Shown: positions 24,001 through 38,795 of the stretch, one piece after another
Layout: each line of letters begins with the position of its first letter
Numbering within the stretch: the first letter of the stretch is position 1
Source of the DNA: Gonapodya sp. JEL0774
Lineage: Eukaryota
Length of the DNA stretch: 64,000 nt
Assembly (NCBI GenBank): GCA_027604505.1
Contig: JADIIX010000108.1
Location: 1-64,000 of the forward strand
Direction: 5' to 3'
The notes under the pieces: model-generated
Seen by the model: only the letters and a program-made list of their open reading frames with translations
What the model was told of the DNA's origin: nothing
Database searches by the model: none
Made by a program: the position numbers and the translations under genes

Positions 24001-25660
24001 CGAGTGTCAAATTCTCATGATTGTTTTCCATTTCCAAATCCGAAGAACGCTCTAATCTGTCCCTCTCTACCGAATCTTTTGGCAGGTCGTCGTATCTCCT
24101 TTGAAGAATCGCCCACGTCTGGTGCGCCAATGTGTTCCGCTTGCTTTGCTCTTCTTCCAACCTTTGTCCTAAATCCGAGTCCCAAGAAGGTGTCGTGTTG
24201 CCATCACCGCGTTGTGATGCTGGTAGATTTCCAGGATCGCGGTCGGGATTCACAGCATGCATCACCGCCATGTTGATCTCGAGTGCCTTGATATGCTGCT
24301 GTGCCTCTTTCAACGTGTACCTCGCCTCGAAAAGCTCATCCAATTCTACTTCGAACCCATTCTGCTCGAGCGAAGGCGGTCTGGCTGACTCGAGTCTGTC
24401 GTTCGCGTCCTGTAGCCGTGCTTCCAGCTCTTTGCGCTCCCTTTCTTCGTCCTCCAGCTTCCGCCCCAATACCTCGACCGTCGTGTCATGGTTCTCCCGA
24501 TCGGACTGGTTCTTCCTCTCGAGAGTGGTGTGCGCGTGCCTCAACTGCTGCAACTCCTCCTCCAACTTCATACCTGCCGTTCGGTCCTGACCGAGCAATT
24601 TCTGCATGGCTTCGATTTCCGATTCAAGTTGGTGTTTCTCCGTCGCCGATTTTTCCGCCTGCCGTTGCGCGAGTTCGAGCATTCCCACCAGCTCCTTGCG
24701 CTCCCGGTCCACGCGATCAAGGTCTGTGGAGGGTTTGGCGAGCTGAGACTCGAAGGCAAGGAGAGCTGAGGATACCCGATGTGCTTGAGTCGTTGTCGGT
24801 GAGGTAGTGGTGGACGCCACCAAGGGTGAGTCTGATAATTCGCGTTCCTCCTCTCTGAAGTCGAGGAGCTCCCTGACAGCACCACGTGCAGCAACTTCCG
24901 CCATAGCTAGGGGAACTTTCGACTCCTCAACGTCTCCGGAGGCCATTCCAGAAGAACGAAGCTGTGCGATATTGGCGTCTCTGATTACAAGTTCAGCCTC
25001 GATATGTCGAACGAGGTTTTCAGATTGTTGGGCAGACATGCTACTGCATGCGCCATTGGTTGCGATGACAAGTGGTGAGGCAACGACCGCGGAGTTGCGG
25101 GACCTGGATCGCGTGACCTCCACGACTTCGGTTCGATCTGATTCCAATGACTGTACTCTAGCACGCAAGGAATTGCGTTGGGCCTCGAGTTGCTCCACTT
25201 GTCTGTTGAGATCAAACACATGGAGTGTTGAGACGGATTTCTCCACCACGATCTGAGTGAACGTTGCATTCTCGGCTTCAACTTCGACAATTTGCTGTTG
25301 CATTTGCTGATCAGACCCCGCAGATGTAGATCGCCCTCGTTTGCTTTGCTGTTGAGCACGCGCTAGATGCGCGTGAGCGTCGTCGCTGTCCTTGATACCT
25401 TGGGCAAAGTCTTCGAGGTTAATTTCAGGTGAGGAATGAAGGAGAGCCAATTGACTTGTGCGGTCTGCGAGGTCAGCGGTGAGAGTGTCGATAGGAACTT
25501 TAGATTGGTACTTCAGACGTTGTAGTAAGGAGGAACGCGTGGGCATTGATGGAGATTCTAAGATAACGAGATAGTAGAGACTGGTAGCTGCAATAGTAAC
25601 TAAGAATTTGCAATTGATGTGAAAAAAGGATGGAAATTGAGAGTTCTCCGCTAAACTCAC
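21043..25660 (-). CDS. Large coiled-coil protein of unknown function (multi-exon, ends approximate)
   Basis: A 672-aa E/L/Q/R-rich ORF (23642-25660) is followed by collinear coiled-coil ORFs at 23053-23334, 22883-23104, 22344-22751 and 21294-21917, separated by splice-like signals. Confidence 0.65.
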
Positions 25661-28600
25661 TCGAAATGTAAACCGTCATACACGCCAAGTCTGTGACAAT
25701 GATCAGCCAGCGTGCTCCGCCCGTGGCCGACGAACCATGAAGGTAAAAGTCCGGATGGACGAGACATAGGCCAAGGCCATGGGTGGTGTTACCCATTATG
25801 GGGTGGAGTGGGCAGATAGGATTGTAAATATGAACGCGTTGATGCGTGATAGAGTGGTCCGAATTGAATGGCCCGTTCATGTTTTTATGGAGATCCAGAC
25901 CCTGCTCATCGTGAAAGACTGATTTTGCAGCAACGCTGTGTAAAACTGTCATAGCCTTGGTCCAGAAGATTTGCACTTGAGCGGTGAGACTTTGAAATTG
26001 TGCGGGGAGAGTCCATAGTGGTCCTTGGATGGCTGGCGGAGTTTGGGGAATTGAGTACGGCGGGAAGGCGGCGAGAGACTCTGCTTCAGATTTGCTCGCT
26101 GCGATGTGCTGTGTTAAACGTCATTTGTAAAGTTTGTGTAAAAGAGATGAGACTTTCAACCAACGCCACGCTGCACGTAAGAACTGGCAATAACTCACAG
26201 GAGAGAGGAGGAGAATCAGGAAGAGGTAAGCAATGATTTCTGTAAGAGTTTGGTGAAGGTAGAGGATGGTCAGTCAAGAGCAAAGCGTCGGCGTTCCCGA
26301 AACGAGTCCCCAGATGCGATGAACCTACTCGCCGCCAACAGCGCGGGCAGCGAGAGCCATCAACGCTGCAGTGACGCGTAAACTGTCGATGCATTGCCCA
26401 AAGTCCTGATTGCGCGTCCGCTACTCACTCATTGTGTAGTCGTGTTGTGATGGAAAGGATTTTTGCGAGAAAGTTCAAATCTGAACGGTCCACGTGACTC
26501 CTGACTGCGCCATTGCACACAAATCCATCAACAAGCGAACTTAATGCTTTCCAAACGGCGACTGCTACAAATGAAGCCACTCACTGAATCATTTGGTATC
26601 AGAAAAATATTCCGGCGTCGTTCTGGTCCCTCCAGGCACACTTGTGTCTCGGAAGACCCTTCTGCGAATTGCGACACGACAGCGACAGACAACTGCCTTC
26701 AATCATCAAATGCTCCATTGTCGACAAGCGGCTGCTTGGTGACAGTGAAGCAAGTGGGGCTGAAGGAGTTGGGTGGGGCCGGCGAAGCTTGTTTCCGTGC
26801 TTGCGTCATCTTCTCCAAGTATTGGTAATAGTGCTTCTCCTCTGTTACGTCCGACAGAGTGCGAGAAGAAAAATCTCCACTCCAGTTCCGAAACGCATAT
26901 CGTGTCTTCTGCGGTCTCCAAATAGGGAACATATCCGTCATCTCTCCTTGTGTGATAATAGTCCACGGCAAGAGGTTGCTTTCCAAGTCTAGAGTGAGAA
27001 TGACACGTCATCTTTCAGATGTGGCGTTCTCAAGGAGGTGGAGCAAACTGCGCAAATACATCCTGGTCTGGGTTCCATCCCGACCGGAGCTTCGGAATCC
27101 ATGCTGGAGAGGCTTTCAAGATGCTTGTCCGATCAGCGATAATGTATCTACTTCAACACATCGATGAACGCCGATTGAGCCCCCCTAGTACAGAATCCAC
27201 CTAGTGGGCTTGATGGCCCTGCAAGAGTCAGACAAAATGCCCGAGATGATCCAAGTATTCCCCCGAGCTGGGTTCCAATTACGAGAGAACAAATCAATTT
27301 TGGCATTCCGCACTTGCGACCCATCATAATCGGTGATTGTTTGTTTGCTTCGTCGGAATGAACTTGGGTTCCGGTTGATCGGTGTTGTAATTTAGCACTT
27401 TTGATTCCGCTAAGTCCACCCGCTAGGCGTCGAGTACCGTTACGTCTCGACTACACTTCTTTCTCGCATGGTCGTGTATTTTTTTTGCCGGAGGTACCCT
27501 CATATGTCGCTGGGATCTTCCCCCCCCTTCACGACCACATATGAAGCTCGTCCAATTGAGCCTTCCGAACCGCTCATCAGAAAAGTGTCTTGCTTTATTA
27601 TGAGCATTGTATCTTGCATGACACTGGTGATACATAATACGGTGAATGCGAAGGCATGTATATTTGGCAACATTTCCACATGGTTCCCATGCCCGCGACA
27701 ATCTATAAACTACCACCGTTTCGCTCCCATGTAAGATGTGAGCGAGCTGTTTTCGCAGCCTTCATTTGTGACTTGGCGCGGTTGCGACCAGCGTGAAGAA
27801 ACGTCTCGGGATGGATGGCACCTCCGCCACTGTTTCAATTCGTTGGGATTGACTCGGTGCAGAATTTCGTTGACGTTGCTCTGCCATTGTCATGTACGGT
27901 AGGATTGCCGCACTCGCTGATCCGAGGTACAATGTTGTGCGTATCATACAGAGTGGTGATGTAGGAAAACTGCGACAATTTTGAACGAAATTGGGTTGGC
28001 ATCGATGAGCATGAGAACATACGTCGAGATTCCATCCCACGGCAAAAGCTTGTGTCCCGCTATATTATGAGTGGCGTGCAGTTTGAGCAGCTGCCGAGGA
28101 GGTTGCTTGACCTTGAGAATCCACCTGGGAGGACAGCTCATATTGGAGCATGTTCGCGGTTCTGTCCTGTTGGGACCACTCGCATAACCCGGCATGAGAA
28201 TGTCACTGAGGAAGCACAGATACAATCGCGCGTCACTTTCGTCGACTGGCAACCCATCCGTGTCGTCACTTTGGTGCCTTCTGTGACTCTGCCGACCAAG
28301 TCACTGAAGCATTCGATCCAATGGTAACGGCTCACACATGCACGCTCCCGCCAGCTGGTCCCTCACTTGCCACGAAGAGTCGTAAGGGCTCGAATTCCAG
28401 CCCTGTCCCATCTCCGCTTCCAGCACCAGGGTTGAGATAACCTTTCCGCCGACCACCACTGATCGTCTTACGTGATTGAGTCAGTCTGCTTCTCTTCCAC
28501 CATGATAAAACAGACACCAATTGTAGCCTGCAGCCACTCCGACACCTGGGTCATCCTAAACTCACTGACCTGGAGCTGTCGGACTCCGTCATCACAATCC

Positions 28601-31159
28601 CCATTCCCGGCATACCTCCACGCTAGCGGAAGTTCGCGTATGACCCAACAACTCCTTTAGTGTTAATAGCCCTTGGCTACTCACCTTGCGACACCTGCTC
28701 TGTCTACTTAATCCGAATCATCTGATGTTGTTGTAAGCTCAGCATATCTCCATAAGAGAGCGAAGTTTTGACGGTTCGTCGTGTGAAGGGTCGATGTCCC
28801 ATACATATCGGTTGCGACCAGGCTCGTGGTAGATCTTCATCCGCGTGGTTTTTAAAATAACGAAAAGTTCAATTATGCGATGAGTAGCGAGCACGTGGGA
28901 GCCATAAGGAGAGAGTGGGGATGAAGTCCGACCATCGAACATCTCATAATGGGTCCAACCGTTTCTGCCTTCTGGCGTCCACGCTCTCTCCCTTTTCAGT
29001 AGCGTCGGAATGCTTGATGCCGACTCAAGAAGGACCGGACTTCTCAATCGGGCCTGTGATGTGCGGGACTTGTTCTGATTCTCCATATGTTGCATTTGGT
29101 GCGAGGCTGGACTTGGCACACAAAAAATCTGGCTGAATGCCGGAGAGCCCAACCGACACAATTCCTGATCACGCATCAGCCTTAAAGAAACCGCTGCCAC
29201 GATCGACGGATCCACATTCATGGCCGCCATCGGGCAAGAAGGCAGTCTCGATCGTGAATCGTTCATGGCAGAACTCCGTCCTACTCTGGAATTGTACATA
29301 TCGAGGAGGATCAACGAGTTAGAGGGGATGCTGCACAAGATGGATGCAGAGATGGCGAGGATGGACGCAGAGGTGGCGATGAACGAAGCAAAGGTGGCGG
29401 GGAAAAAGAGCGGAGGCACATTACTGGAAACAAAAGTTCCTGGAATTGGCACTAGGTAGTCGGACGTCCCGGACGTACCTTGTAAGTTTCCTCCCGTTGA
29501 CTTGGTCTGACAATTGCGATCCAACTCCTTACTTATACGTTCCACAGAATCCTGAACCCGGCCAACATCCCAGAGACGTGTGTCCTGGTGCCCCAGACCC
29601 ATTCCTGTCGGATATGAACCTGTGAGTGCCTGTACACATTCCAGACCCATACACGTCATCAAATGTGCGCTTATCCCTGATAATTTAAAGAAACCGCGAC
29701 CTCTCCTCAGTAGATCTGGCTCCTGTGCCCAAGTGACCGCGGACTCACTGAAGTACAGAAAATACGGTATTAAGAGCGGAAACGAAAGTCGTATGATTGG
29801 CCTCAAACGTCGCAGTTGGCACACCCATCAATTTACAGCAAGAGATATGCCGGTCGAGGACTGCCTGTTTGTGTATAATATGTATTACACAGTAGTATTT
29901 TTGGCGTTAGAACATCGCACAATCTTTCAGATTTATTCAGAATTCAGAGGAAACGAAAATGGAATGGTTTGAATATCAGATGCATCGTTATGTTGCTCAC
30001 AATTGCACGTCTCGGAACCTGTACATTTGGTCATAACCGCGCTCTATTAGTTCGCGTCGTCCTGGACGATCAATGTTGGGCACGGTCAATATCGACAAGA
30101 TGGACACCAATCGTGATATAACAGCACTAAGTTTGTCCGTAACTGAAATAAAGCAATATTGACAGCAAAATTATGTGGTTCAACGATATTCTTGTCAAGA
30201 TGCGCTCCTATCGTCGAGCCAGATCGTACTGCGGGACCGGAGCTTGAGAGACAAAAGTTCCTGCACATACGTAAATGCTCTATGTCCAACAGGCGAGCTC
30301 GATCACAGATGATTTTGGTTAAGTTTGTAGTATTATTGCACCGAGATTCCTTATAACATATATAATTTCTGACCTTCCCCACACCATTGAATCTGAATCC
30401 CACACACCAAGTAGTTCCGGGTACTGAAAATCTCTCAACGTAATCCCCTATCTACGTAGACGTATTTCGACACCCACTGTGTCCAGTTATGGTGAAGCCA
30501 AGCTCAATACCCTGGCAGGGAAGAAGGGTCAATGGCACCTGTCGATCACACTGGAGGGAATAATGAAGCGAGAACGCTTGCCACGCTAACAAGCGTGGGT
30601 GCAACTTTAAGACGATGACGTGTTTAGACTGCAATGACGACGGGAGCTGGGCTCGTTCTTGTGATCGATTAAAGTTGAGCAACCTAATGCGCGCCGGCGC
30701 GCCCCGGACTTGAACTGCTGAATGAACCAGAAACAGTCATTTAAGCGCACACCCAACGACAAATATTTTCTCGGACTTCAGAGCCCGTCGGATCGTTCTT
30801 TGCGTGTTTTCGTTTGTACTGTGGTGTGAGGACCACGAAAAATCAACCAGTCCCACGCCACTCCGCAACACCTCACGAAAGGCCCAAGGCAGCGGCGCTC
30901 ACCGAGAATCCAACTTTGCGAGTATTTTCCGTTGAATCAACAAACATCGAGTGATTCTGGGGCCGGAAAGCCGAGAGGCTGAAGAGCGGGTCCCTGGAGG
31001 CGATCGGTGGACTCGAAGGACTTTCCAAAGATGGCTGCAAGTGGGTGAACCACTCTTGCACGGGGGCGATCCCGTATTCGTTGAAACAACTTGACACTGA
31101 TGATGTCGTGCTTCTAAAAATGATGCTACCTGTGGCTTGTCCGCCTTGTTCGATTCCTC

Positions 31160-33701
31160 GTCACGCATCCGATTCCTGATGGTTCCAGCGCTCAACGTTT
31201 CCGCTCCGCTGGATATTCGATTATGTCCAGATTCAGCAGCACAGTGCCTCAATCCGACAACCCCAGCGACGTCCATAGTCTTGGGCAGCACGTATTGGTT
31301 GGACTGGGCGACTCTGGTGCGTTTTCATCGTATGTGGGGATCCGGTGTACAGAACGCAAAGTGCTGGCGAGAGAACTTGAACAGGAGGCGGCTGAAACAG
31401 GAATTTTGCTGGACCGAAGCGGTTTATGATCGATGGCAAATCGTGACTTTGCAATGGTCGTGCTCTCGTCTGCTCATGCAGCTAGTCCTGAATCCGCAGA
31501 GTTCTGTCATCATTCGGCAAATGTATTGCTATGCATGGCCTACAATCGTAGCAGGCTTTCGTTCGTCCTGCAGGACAAACCTGGTGCAAGCCTCACGTCG
31601 TTTGTCCGATTTTGACTCCCCATCACCCTCCACACACAGCCCACGGGCGACCCCAACGGAAACTTCACCCTCGAATTCCTCCTCCCTCCTGTCACCTCAT
31701 GTCGTGCCGTCCCCGCGGCCTCGTCTGTCTTCTCGCGGCAAATCATATCTCCGTTTGGTCCGTTCACCTACTCCCTGCCATCCGTCGCCAACAACCCAAA
31801 CTCCACGGGCGTCATATCGGGAGCTATCCTCACCAGAGTGTGGAACACGGACCTTGTTGCGTCGACTCTCGCATCTATGAACCCGACTGGCCAGTTCCGG
31901 TTGGTGGACGGGACTGGGTCACAGTGCCTCTTCGGACAGATTCTTCCACTTTATACCTCAACCTCTGACGCTGGTAATCCTACAACTTCTGTGACAACAC
32001 TCTCCAACACCACGCCTTCCGCCACTCCAACCTCTAACCCCTCACTAGCCCGAGGTTCCACCACCACCACAGTCGCGAACACTGAATCGTCTACCGCCGG
32101 TGCCCCCGCCACATCGTCCTCTTCCCCACCCTACGCACTCATTGGTGGCATAGCAGGTGGCGTCGTCGTCGCCGTTGCCGTCGCCTTGACCATTTTCTTC
32201 CTCTGTCGGCGTGCAGCCCGGAAGAAGGCAGATAAGGATATTGACGAGCGGGTCAACAAGATGATAGAGATGGAGGAACATTGGAAGGCACGCTCGTTGT
32301 TCCAGAAGAATGAAGCGACTAGGGGATCACGAGATGGGCCGCCTGGTAGTCCCCGTGAGTACAGCGTACGGACCCCAACACATCCCTCTCGAGGTTGACA
32401 TCCTGACCGACCGCCTTCGGCTCGAATTAGGATCCCCACACCCTATCAGCTCCTCTTCTCAACTTCCTTCCCTCCCCCACAATCATAGTCGGGAACTGTC
32501 TCCTAGCACCAGCCGCCCTTCCTCCATAATGGCACTCGGGCATGACCCTTTCTCGGACCCTCGCCGTATGTCTCAATCCTCTGAAGGGCGTACGGGTCGC
32601 AATCGTGATTCCAAAAAGGGTATGCGGACACTCGAGCATTTGGACTCTGGGGATTCACTTCCCCAATCCGACCACTCTGGAAACTCCGGCAGACTCTGGG
32701 CTCGCGGATCGTGGGGTGAGAAACCACTCTTGGATACAGGGTCCGACGTCATCAGTACCTCGTCGTCCACTGTTGGTGTTGCAGTGGCTGATGCAAACCG
32801 GAGTTTTGCACCTTACGGTGCGGAACCTGCCGAGATGGAACCCGCCCTTGTTTTCACAGCGTCCGGTGCACCTGCACCCCGCCGAAACTTTGGTGGAAGA
32901 ACTTCTGTACCTCCAGTGCTCAATAACGATCCATCTCGTCGACCTTACCTCACTCCCACCAACGGTACGGATTCGAACTCCTCTGGCCGTGAATCCCGAC
33001 CGCACTCTCGTGCACGCCCCTCCAGTAGCGTCCCTCGTCCACGTTCGATGTCGCGCTCTGCGACAGATCCGGAAGAGTATCTCGGACCCCGCACCCAGAG
33101 CCACCATTCCTTGGGGAGCACGCACCCTACGGAAAAGTCGTACATCTCCATGACTTCTGTGGACGGACCGTTGGCGTATCCGCCCAGTGTGTGGGACGCT
33201 GATGCGGCGAGAGATTCGGCGCAAGCACTGGAAGACGAGTTGCAAAATGGTACAGTGGACAAATCGTGGGAAGGAAGACCTTCAAGATCTGGTCGGGGAC
33301 AAGCGTTGATAAGGGATAATTATAACACTCGACATCAAAGCTTGGATTTGCCGTCCGCAGATGGTAGACCTGTTATGCGTGGACCGAGCGCATCAGACTT
33401 TGAATCGAGCAATGGGCAGCGGGTTGCCGGTCGGCTCGCAAATGCACAGTACAACACCGATGAGCGCGCGCGTCGAGGACCTTCTCGAGCGCAAACTGAC
33501 GTTTCAACAAACCGATTGTCCTCCATAGGCAACCCCGCGAGCCATCTTTCGGAAACACAGGTGCAAGCGATCGCCGAAATGTTTCGAAAATCCTTTGGGA
33601 TGTCGGCAGGTGCTTCGGCCATCGAGTCCGAGCTGGCTGCCGTAGAGAGGGAGAGAAGAATGTCTAATATTGAAGGGCATGCACGAGGTAGTGGATCTTG
33701 A
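31160..33701 (+). CDS. Single-pass membrane protein with S/T-rich ectodomain and long disordered cytoplasmic tail (Mid2/Wsc-like topology; start uncertain)
   Basis: S/T-rich stalk, TM YALIGGIAGGVVVAVAVALTIFFLC followed by RRAARKK. Intron ~32355-32430 joins it to the long Ser/Arg-rich ORF ending at 33701. Confidence 0.7.
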
Positions 33702-34111
33702 TCAAATCGCATATTCCTCGTGGACAGTTGAATCTGCCGCCGCGCGCGGACACACACTGTAAATACATGTATTAGCGATCGCACGCGACTCCCAAATCTA
33801 CGTTCATAGATTTGAATGAAATTTTCGAAGAGATGACCGCGTCATCTGTCTCAACCTCGGTACATCTGTATGCGCATACCGGATAAATCACCGGAATCGG
33901 CACATCCGTTCTGACGCAATTCGACGATCAAAATCAAATGTGCGGCAGACACCAGAGCTCGAGCACATCCTTGCTACGGATTCATCGGGTGTTCGTATCT
34001 CGTGTACATAATATGGCTGAGACCACGGAGTTTTATCGGAGGACGAGATCCTCTCCAATCCTCTTATAAAATACCAAGGTGTGGGGATGGGATCACAGCC
34101 ACAATGATACA

Positions 34112-36401
34112 ATGATGTACATGCAGAGCGCCACTATATCCACTTCATCAGAGACCGTCGTCAATAACGGGCGCCTTTTTGTCTGGACTGTATGTGTAGG
34201 TTCACATGCGAACAAGAATGGACCCAACTCAGGTAACACGGGGACAGTTTGGGGTCCAATCTTGTTGACGTGAAAAAGAAATTGTACGGACAACTCGGAT
34301 CGGAATGCAGCTAACATCTCGACAAATTGGTATCTGCTCTATTCATTTGTATCCACGTATACTGTATGTACTTGTGCGCGGGTACATCTATCCACATTGG
34401 GATATATTTCAATCGCCCACACCAACCACCCCATTTGCTATTCAACCTAAAACCACAGGAAAAGATTAGCGAGATAGTTTCACGCGGTTTTCGTCTTTTC
34501 TGAATTATATCAGGTGCCAAATCCAGCGGGTTGGAACCCTTCCCGCAATGGCATTGTCTTTCGCGTGGCCTCAAACCTGCCAGCAGAACATGAACGTCCA
34601 GCACCCGGCAAGGAAAGGCTCGCAAACGACGAGTTCTCGTCCAATGCGGCCTCCTCCGTGGGTCGAAGCCTCGGAGTCGGTGGACTTGCTGGATATCCGA
34701 TTCCTGGACGAGGTGGGTTGAGGACCCTTCGACCCGACAAAAGTCACGAATCCGGGGATCTGGACGCGGATCTCATGCGTTTTCTCTTTTTTGGTTGTCT
34801 CATCTTGCTGATTTGCCCTTTCATTGGTTCGGTTGGGTCTCTCTATTGCCATATTGACAGGATACTGTCGGCTTACTTCCAGACGTACAGTCACTGACTG
34901 ATAATACAGACCTGACTGATCAGAGTGAGTCCTCGTCGGGGCAATCTACCGCGCAATGGTGCTTTTTTTTTCCGGTATGTGTTGTTTGACCACGTTCGCC
35001 ATTCCCATTTTGGGTATTGGTTCCCCGTAGTGCGTTCCAAGGTCGTATCCTGGCTCATCGGTGAGTGACGCCATCGCATTCCCCGATTCATTGATGCATC
35101 ATGCTGACGTTGTCTTCTTTTCCTTCGTCGGGACTTCGATTTTCGCTCAATTTTTTGCTCTACCGGCCCGTGCGCTACGTAGACATTCGGGACGATTTGG
35201 CATTCCACGATGCAACCCTCCACCTGGCAGTATTCCTCTCCGATCGAGCACTTTCCGCCATCGATGTCTGTGCGAAAAACTACCAGCTCGTCGCCCTCGC
35301 CTGCGTATGGATTGCTGTCAAGTACGAAGAAGAGGCACACAAGGTCCCAAAACTACCAAACCTATGCACACTCGCCATGAACATGTGGTCTCCCGCTGTC
35401 TTACTCCAAATTGAACGTGAAATCCTTCACGCTCTTCGGTTCAATATCAGCATTCGGACAGCGCATTGGTTTCTTGCTGTTGGTGGATTCAAAACTCTTT
35501 CGGGTTGGACTCGAGGATCCATGGAGACCCCGGAAGCCAGACGTAAAAAGCTTCGAAAGATCATGAAGGTTGCATTCGAGCATTTGGAGGCGTCTCTACA
35601 TCATAGCGAGTTCCTGGGCGTGCCCCCTTCCTGGATGGCGGAAGCAGCCCTACTTACCGCTTGCCGTACCCTCACGCATCCCTCGGTAAGTTATCCAAAG
35701 TATTGTGGAGGGTGTTTTGGATCAAGTTATTTTACTCTGCGATAAGCGATCTGATGACACGTGTTCTACCTGTCGTATCTCAGCTCAACGTTCGTCCAAG
35801 CTTACGCGAAGTAGGCGACGTTGTAAAACTGCTAGATCATTTCGTCAATCCCCCCGTTGCAATCGACACGATGCATACTACACCGATTCGGGGGATGTCC
35901 GGAATCCAAACGCCTCTCACTCCTATCACTCCTTCCAACACCGAAAACCCTTCGTCTGTTCTCCAATCCGCCACCCCTTTCAGTATGGCAGTCGTGAAAA
36001 ACTGGTATCCTTCACCTGCCTCCGACTCTGGCGATGGAGAAATACCGAACTCTCGACCCATTTCCAGACAGGATGACGAGGATCCCGATGACCCAATGCA
36101 AATATCATCCTCCCAAGGGTATGCAAATCCGTCAAGGGAAAGCCGAGCAGACCGCGATGCGGGCTGGCGAGCAGAAAGACCTCGGAATCGGTCCCTGTCA
36201 CCTCTTTGCAGCCAGGGGAGCAGGAACAGCCAAAGTGCACGGTTCGTGTTCATGAAATTTTTGTTTGCATCTTTTCCAGTATCTCGACGCGCAACAATAA
36301 TTGATATCGTTGCTTTTTCCTATGTTACATTGAAAAGGGTTGACGATCTCCGGGTTCTTTCTAACTCGTTCCTCACGAGGTCTCCAACCTACTCCGATTG
36401 A
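34112..36401 (+). CDS. Cyclin (cell-cycle type cyclin box; ends approximate)
   Basis: RSKVVSWLI|...DIRDDLAFHDATLHLAVFLSDRALS...YQLVALACVWIAVKYEE...EREILHALRFNISIRTAHWFL; EFLGVPPSWMAEAALLTA. Confidence 0.8.
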
Positions 36402-36999
36402 CCAGCACATCTACCCTCCATCTCGTCCATCCGACCGAGTTACTTGACCTTATCTTCTCCCCAGCATCATCTCTCCTGTCTCTCGAATCTCGCAGACTCG
36501 GTCAACCTTCTGCTTCTTCTCCATACCAAACCCCCTCTTTCCTTCCACCACTCCTTTCAACCGAGCACCATACATACCCTCCTCGATGTGACTCTATTTT
36601 CTTCTTGCTGTACGCTACCCTGGTGACTTTTCTTGGGTGCGTTTGGTCTCTGTATTATATTCTTCTTGGATTATTTTGCGGAAATGCCCCTCTGGAATCT
36701 GCGTGCGGTAATTGACCTGCTGATTCTTCTCGCGGAGCTACTATCCGGGTGTTCTTAACGGGAGAGATGGGAGTCAGTTTCGATATCGTATTGGTGTATA
36801 AACATGCTCAATCCGGACGGTGGGATCACTGTGTGTACCAGCCCCCGGTAACTCTTGACATAGACAACATCAACAATAATAAAGAATATGTAACTTCAAA
36901 TATGATATTGTGACTGCACCTTGATGGGGCAAAGTTGCGTTTCGGGTGGCCAGGAAAAGGGGCTTGGTCAAAAGCTGTAAGTTGTACTTCCCCAACATC

Positions 37000-38303
37000 T
37001 CGAATTCGAACGGGACTGAATGCTGCCTAATGCAAATGGCAAGATAACCTCGTGTGCTTACCGGCCCTTCAAGCCCGTCAATGGTACGTTAATGGTGAGT
37101 TGCGGTGCACTTGCTCGACCAGTTGAATTGGTGGATCGGACACAACGACTGCTCTCATGAATGGTTATTATTCGTGTTGCTCTTTTGCAGCAGATCGAAG
37201 AGAAGCTAATCCGGAACCATAATGCAACGGTCTCGACACCTGGTTCCATTGGTTCATCACTCAGCACTTGTCTGTACTGGGGATAACGCGTAGTCATANN
37301 NNNNNNNNNNNNNNNNNNNNNNNNNNNNNNNNNNNNNNNNNNNNNNNNNNNNNNNNNNNNNNNNNNNNNNNNNNNNNNNNNNNNNNNNNNNNNNNNTAAT
37401 GCAACGGTCTCGACACCTGGTTCCATTGGTTCATCACTCAGCACTTGTCTGTACTGGGGATAACGCGTAGTCATAGTTGTTCGGAGCCATGATCTGGGAT
37501 GTAAACGGATTCGGACCACCGCGGAAAGCAAGACCAAACACAATCAGAATGAGTGTAGCGATCGGGAACACCATGACGAGGTCCACGAATGGGTTGTCGA
37601 AGAAGATTTTAACGGCAATCCACAAACACGCGAGTGCGAACGCGATCCAGAGGAGAACTGTTGGAGCTGCATGGAAATGTAACAGTCATCTTCAAAGTTA
37701 CCTTCCGTTCGATGACACACCGCTGTGCTTCACACACCGGCAGTGACTCCAAATCCAGTGTATGATATCACATTCGCCGCTGTAAAGATGATAAACATAT
37801 CGCGGATAAGTCGAGAGGCGTTTGCGAGTCGCTGGCCCTTTAGTCCGACATATTACATGGTGCACGCGTGTGATCGGAGGACAAAAAGAAGATCAATGCA
37901 TCGCTACGACAAGTCCACAAAGGGCGATATCACTCACAAGCGAAGGTCCTTTCTTAGCGTAAAATTCACGATCGTTGACCGAACTCCCCGGTCCGGAGGG
38001 GGGAGGGGGCAGCTTGTTGCGTGCCAGAGACCGGGAGAACATTTTCCAGAAGATCTCCATGAGCCAGACTAGCACCCATATGCAAAGTGCAGTGTACACA
38101 ATAACCCATATTGCTGTAGTTCGTAAAACACACGCGGTAGGCAGAGCGATTGAGAGACCGGCGCTGAAATGGACATCAATCCAAGTGAAACTCACCTGTG
38201 AGACCATTGTAGGCAAATCCAAAGTATAGAGGATCGAACTTTGTTGCAAGGGAGTTTGGAAAAGAGAAAACAAGTCGACAACGGACTGCGTAACTGACGT
38301 CAT
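37000..38303 (-). CDS. Multi-pass membrane protein of unknown function, spanning the assembly gap
   Basis: Hydrophobic segments IWVIVYTALCIWVLVWLMEIFW and LVMVFPIATLILIVFGLAF, with splice-like signals. Ends are approximate. Confidence 0.5.
37299..37396. other. Assembly gap (98 N) flanked by an identical 79-bp overlap
   Basis: 37220-37298 is identical to 37397-37475. Confidence 0.95.
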
Positions 38304-38795
38304 GAACGGTAGGTTGTTGTTCGGTAGCTCACCTGTCTTCCGGTCGTCGGATCTGCCCGTTTTGCGAGGTTACCAATCATATCGTCCGCCATGATTTTAC
38401 TGTGTTGAATAGTTTGAAGTTTAGAAGCTGCAATTTAGTGTGATCGTAAGGATGACCTGGCTTCTCGCGGAGTCGGTGTTTGCCACATAACATTTGGTGT
38501 GGGCGGAGGCAGTTTATTTTTCTTGACCCAAGAACCACAGATCAAGTTATGTCCAGCCAAGCAACGAGACAGGCGTACGCAAACGTGAATACGTGGCCCA
38601 TCCCACCTGGATTCAGTGGGGAGCCAGGTTTCCAAAGCGGAAATATTCGCGGTGTGTTCCAACCGATTGAGTTTGTCCACTTGTTTCTTCAAAAGTTAGA
38701 TCGTTAAACTTTTGATTTACGCTACAGCACTCTGGGTTATCGTAGGTTGATAGTCACTTCTTGCTACACTAGACATGATGTAACCCATCTGCGGA

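Noticed and set aside
28739..29824. 361-aa minus-strand ORF
   Set aside because: No recognisable motif, and it is partly the antisense shadow of the coiled-coil-like plus ORF.
32968..32984. tRNA T-loop/B-box-like GGAGTTCGAATCC on the minus strand
   Set aside because: Lies inside a coding exon and has no cloverleaf.
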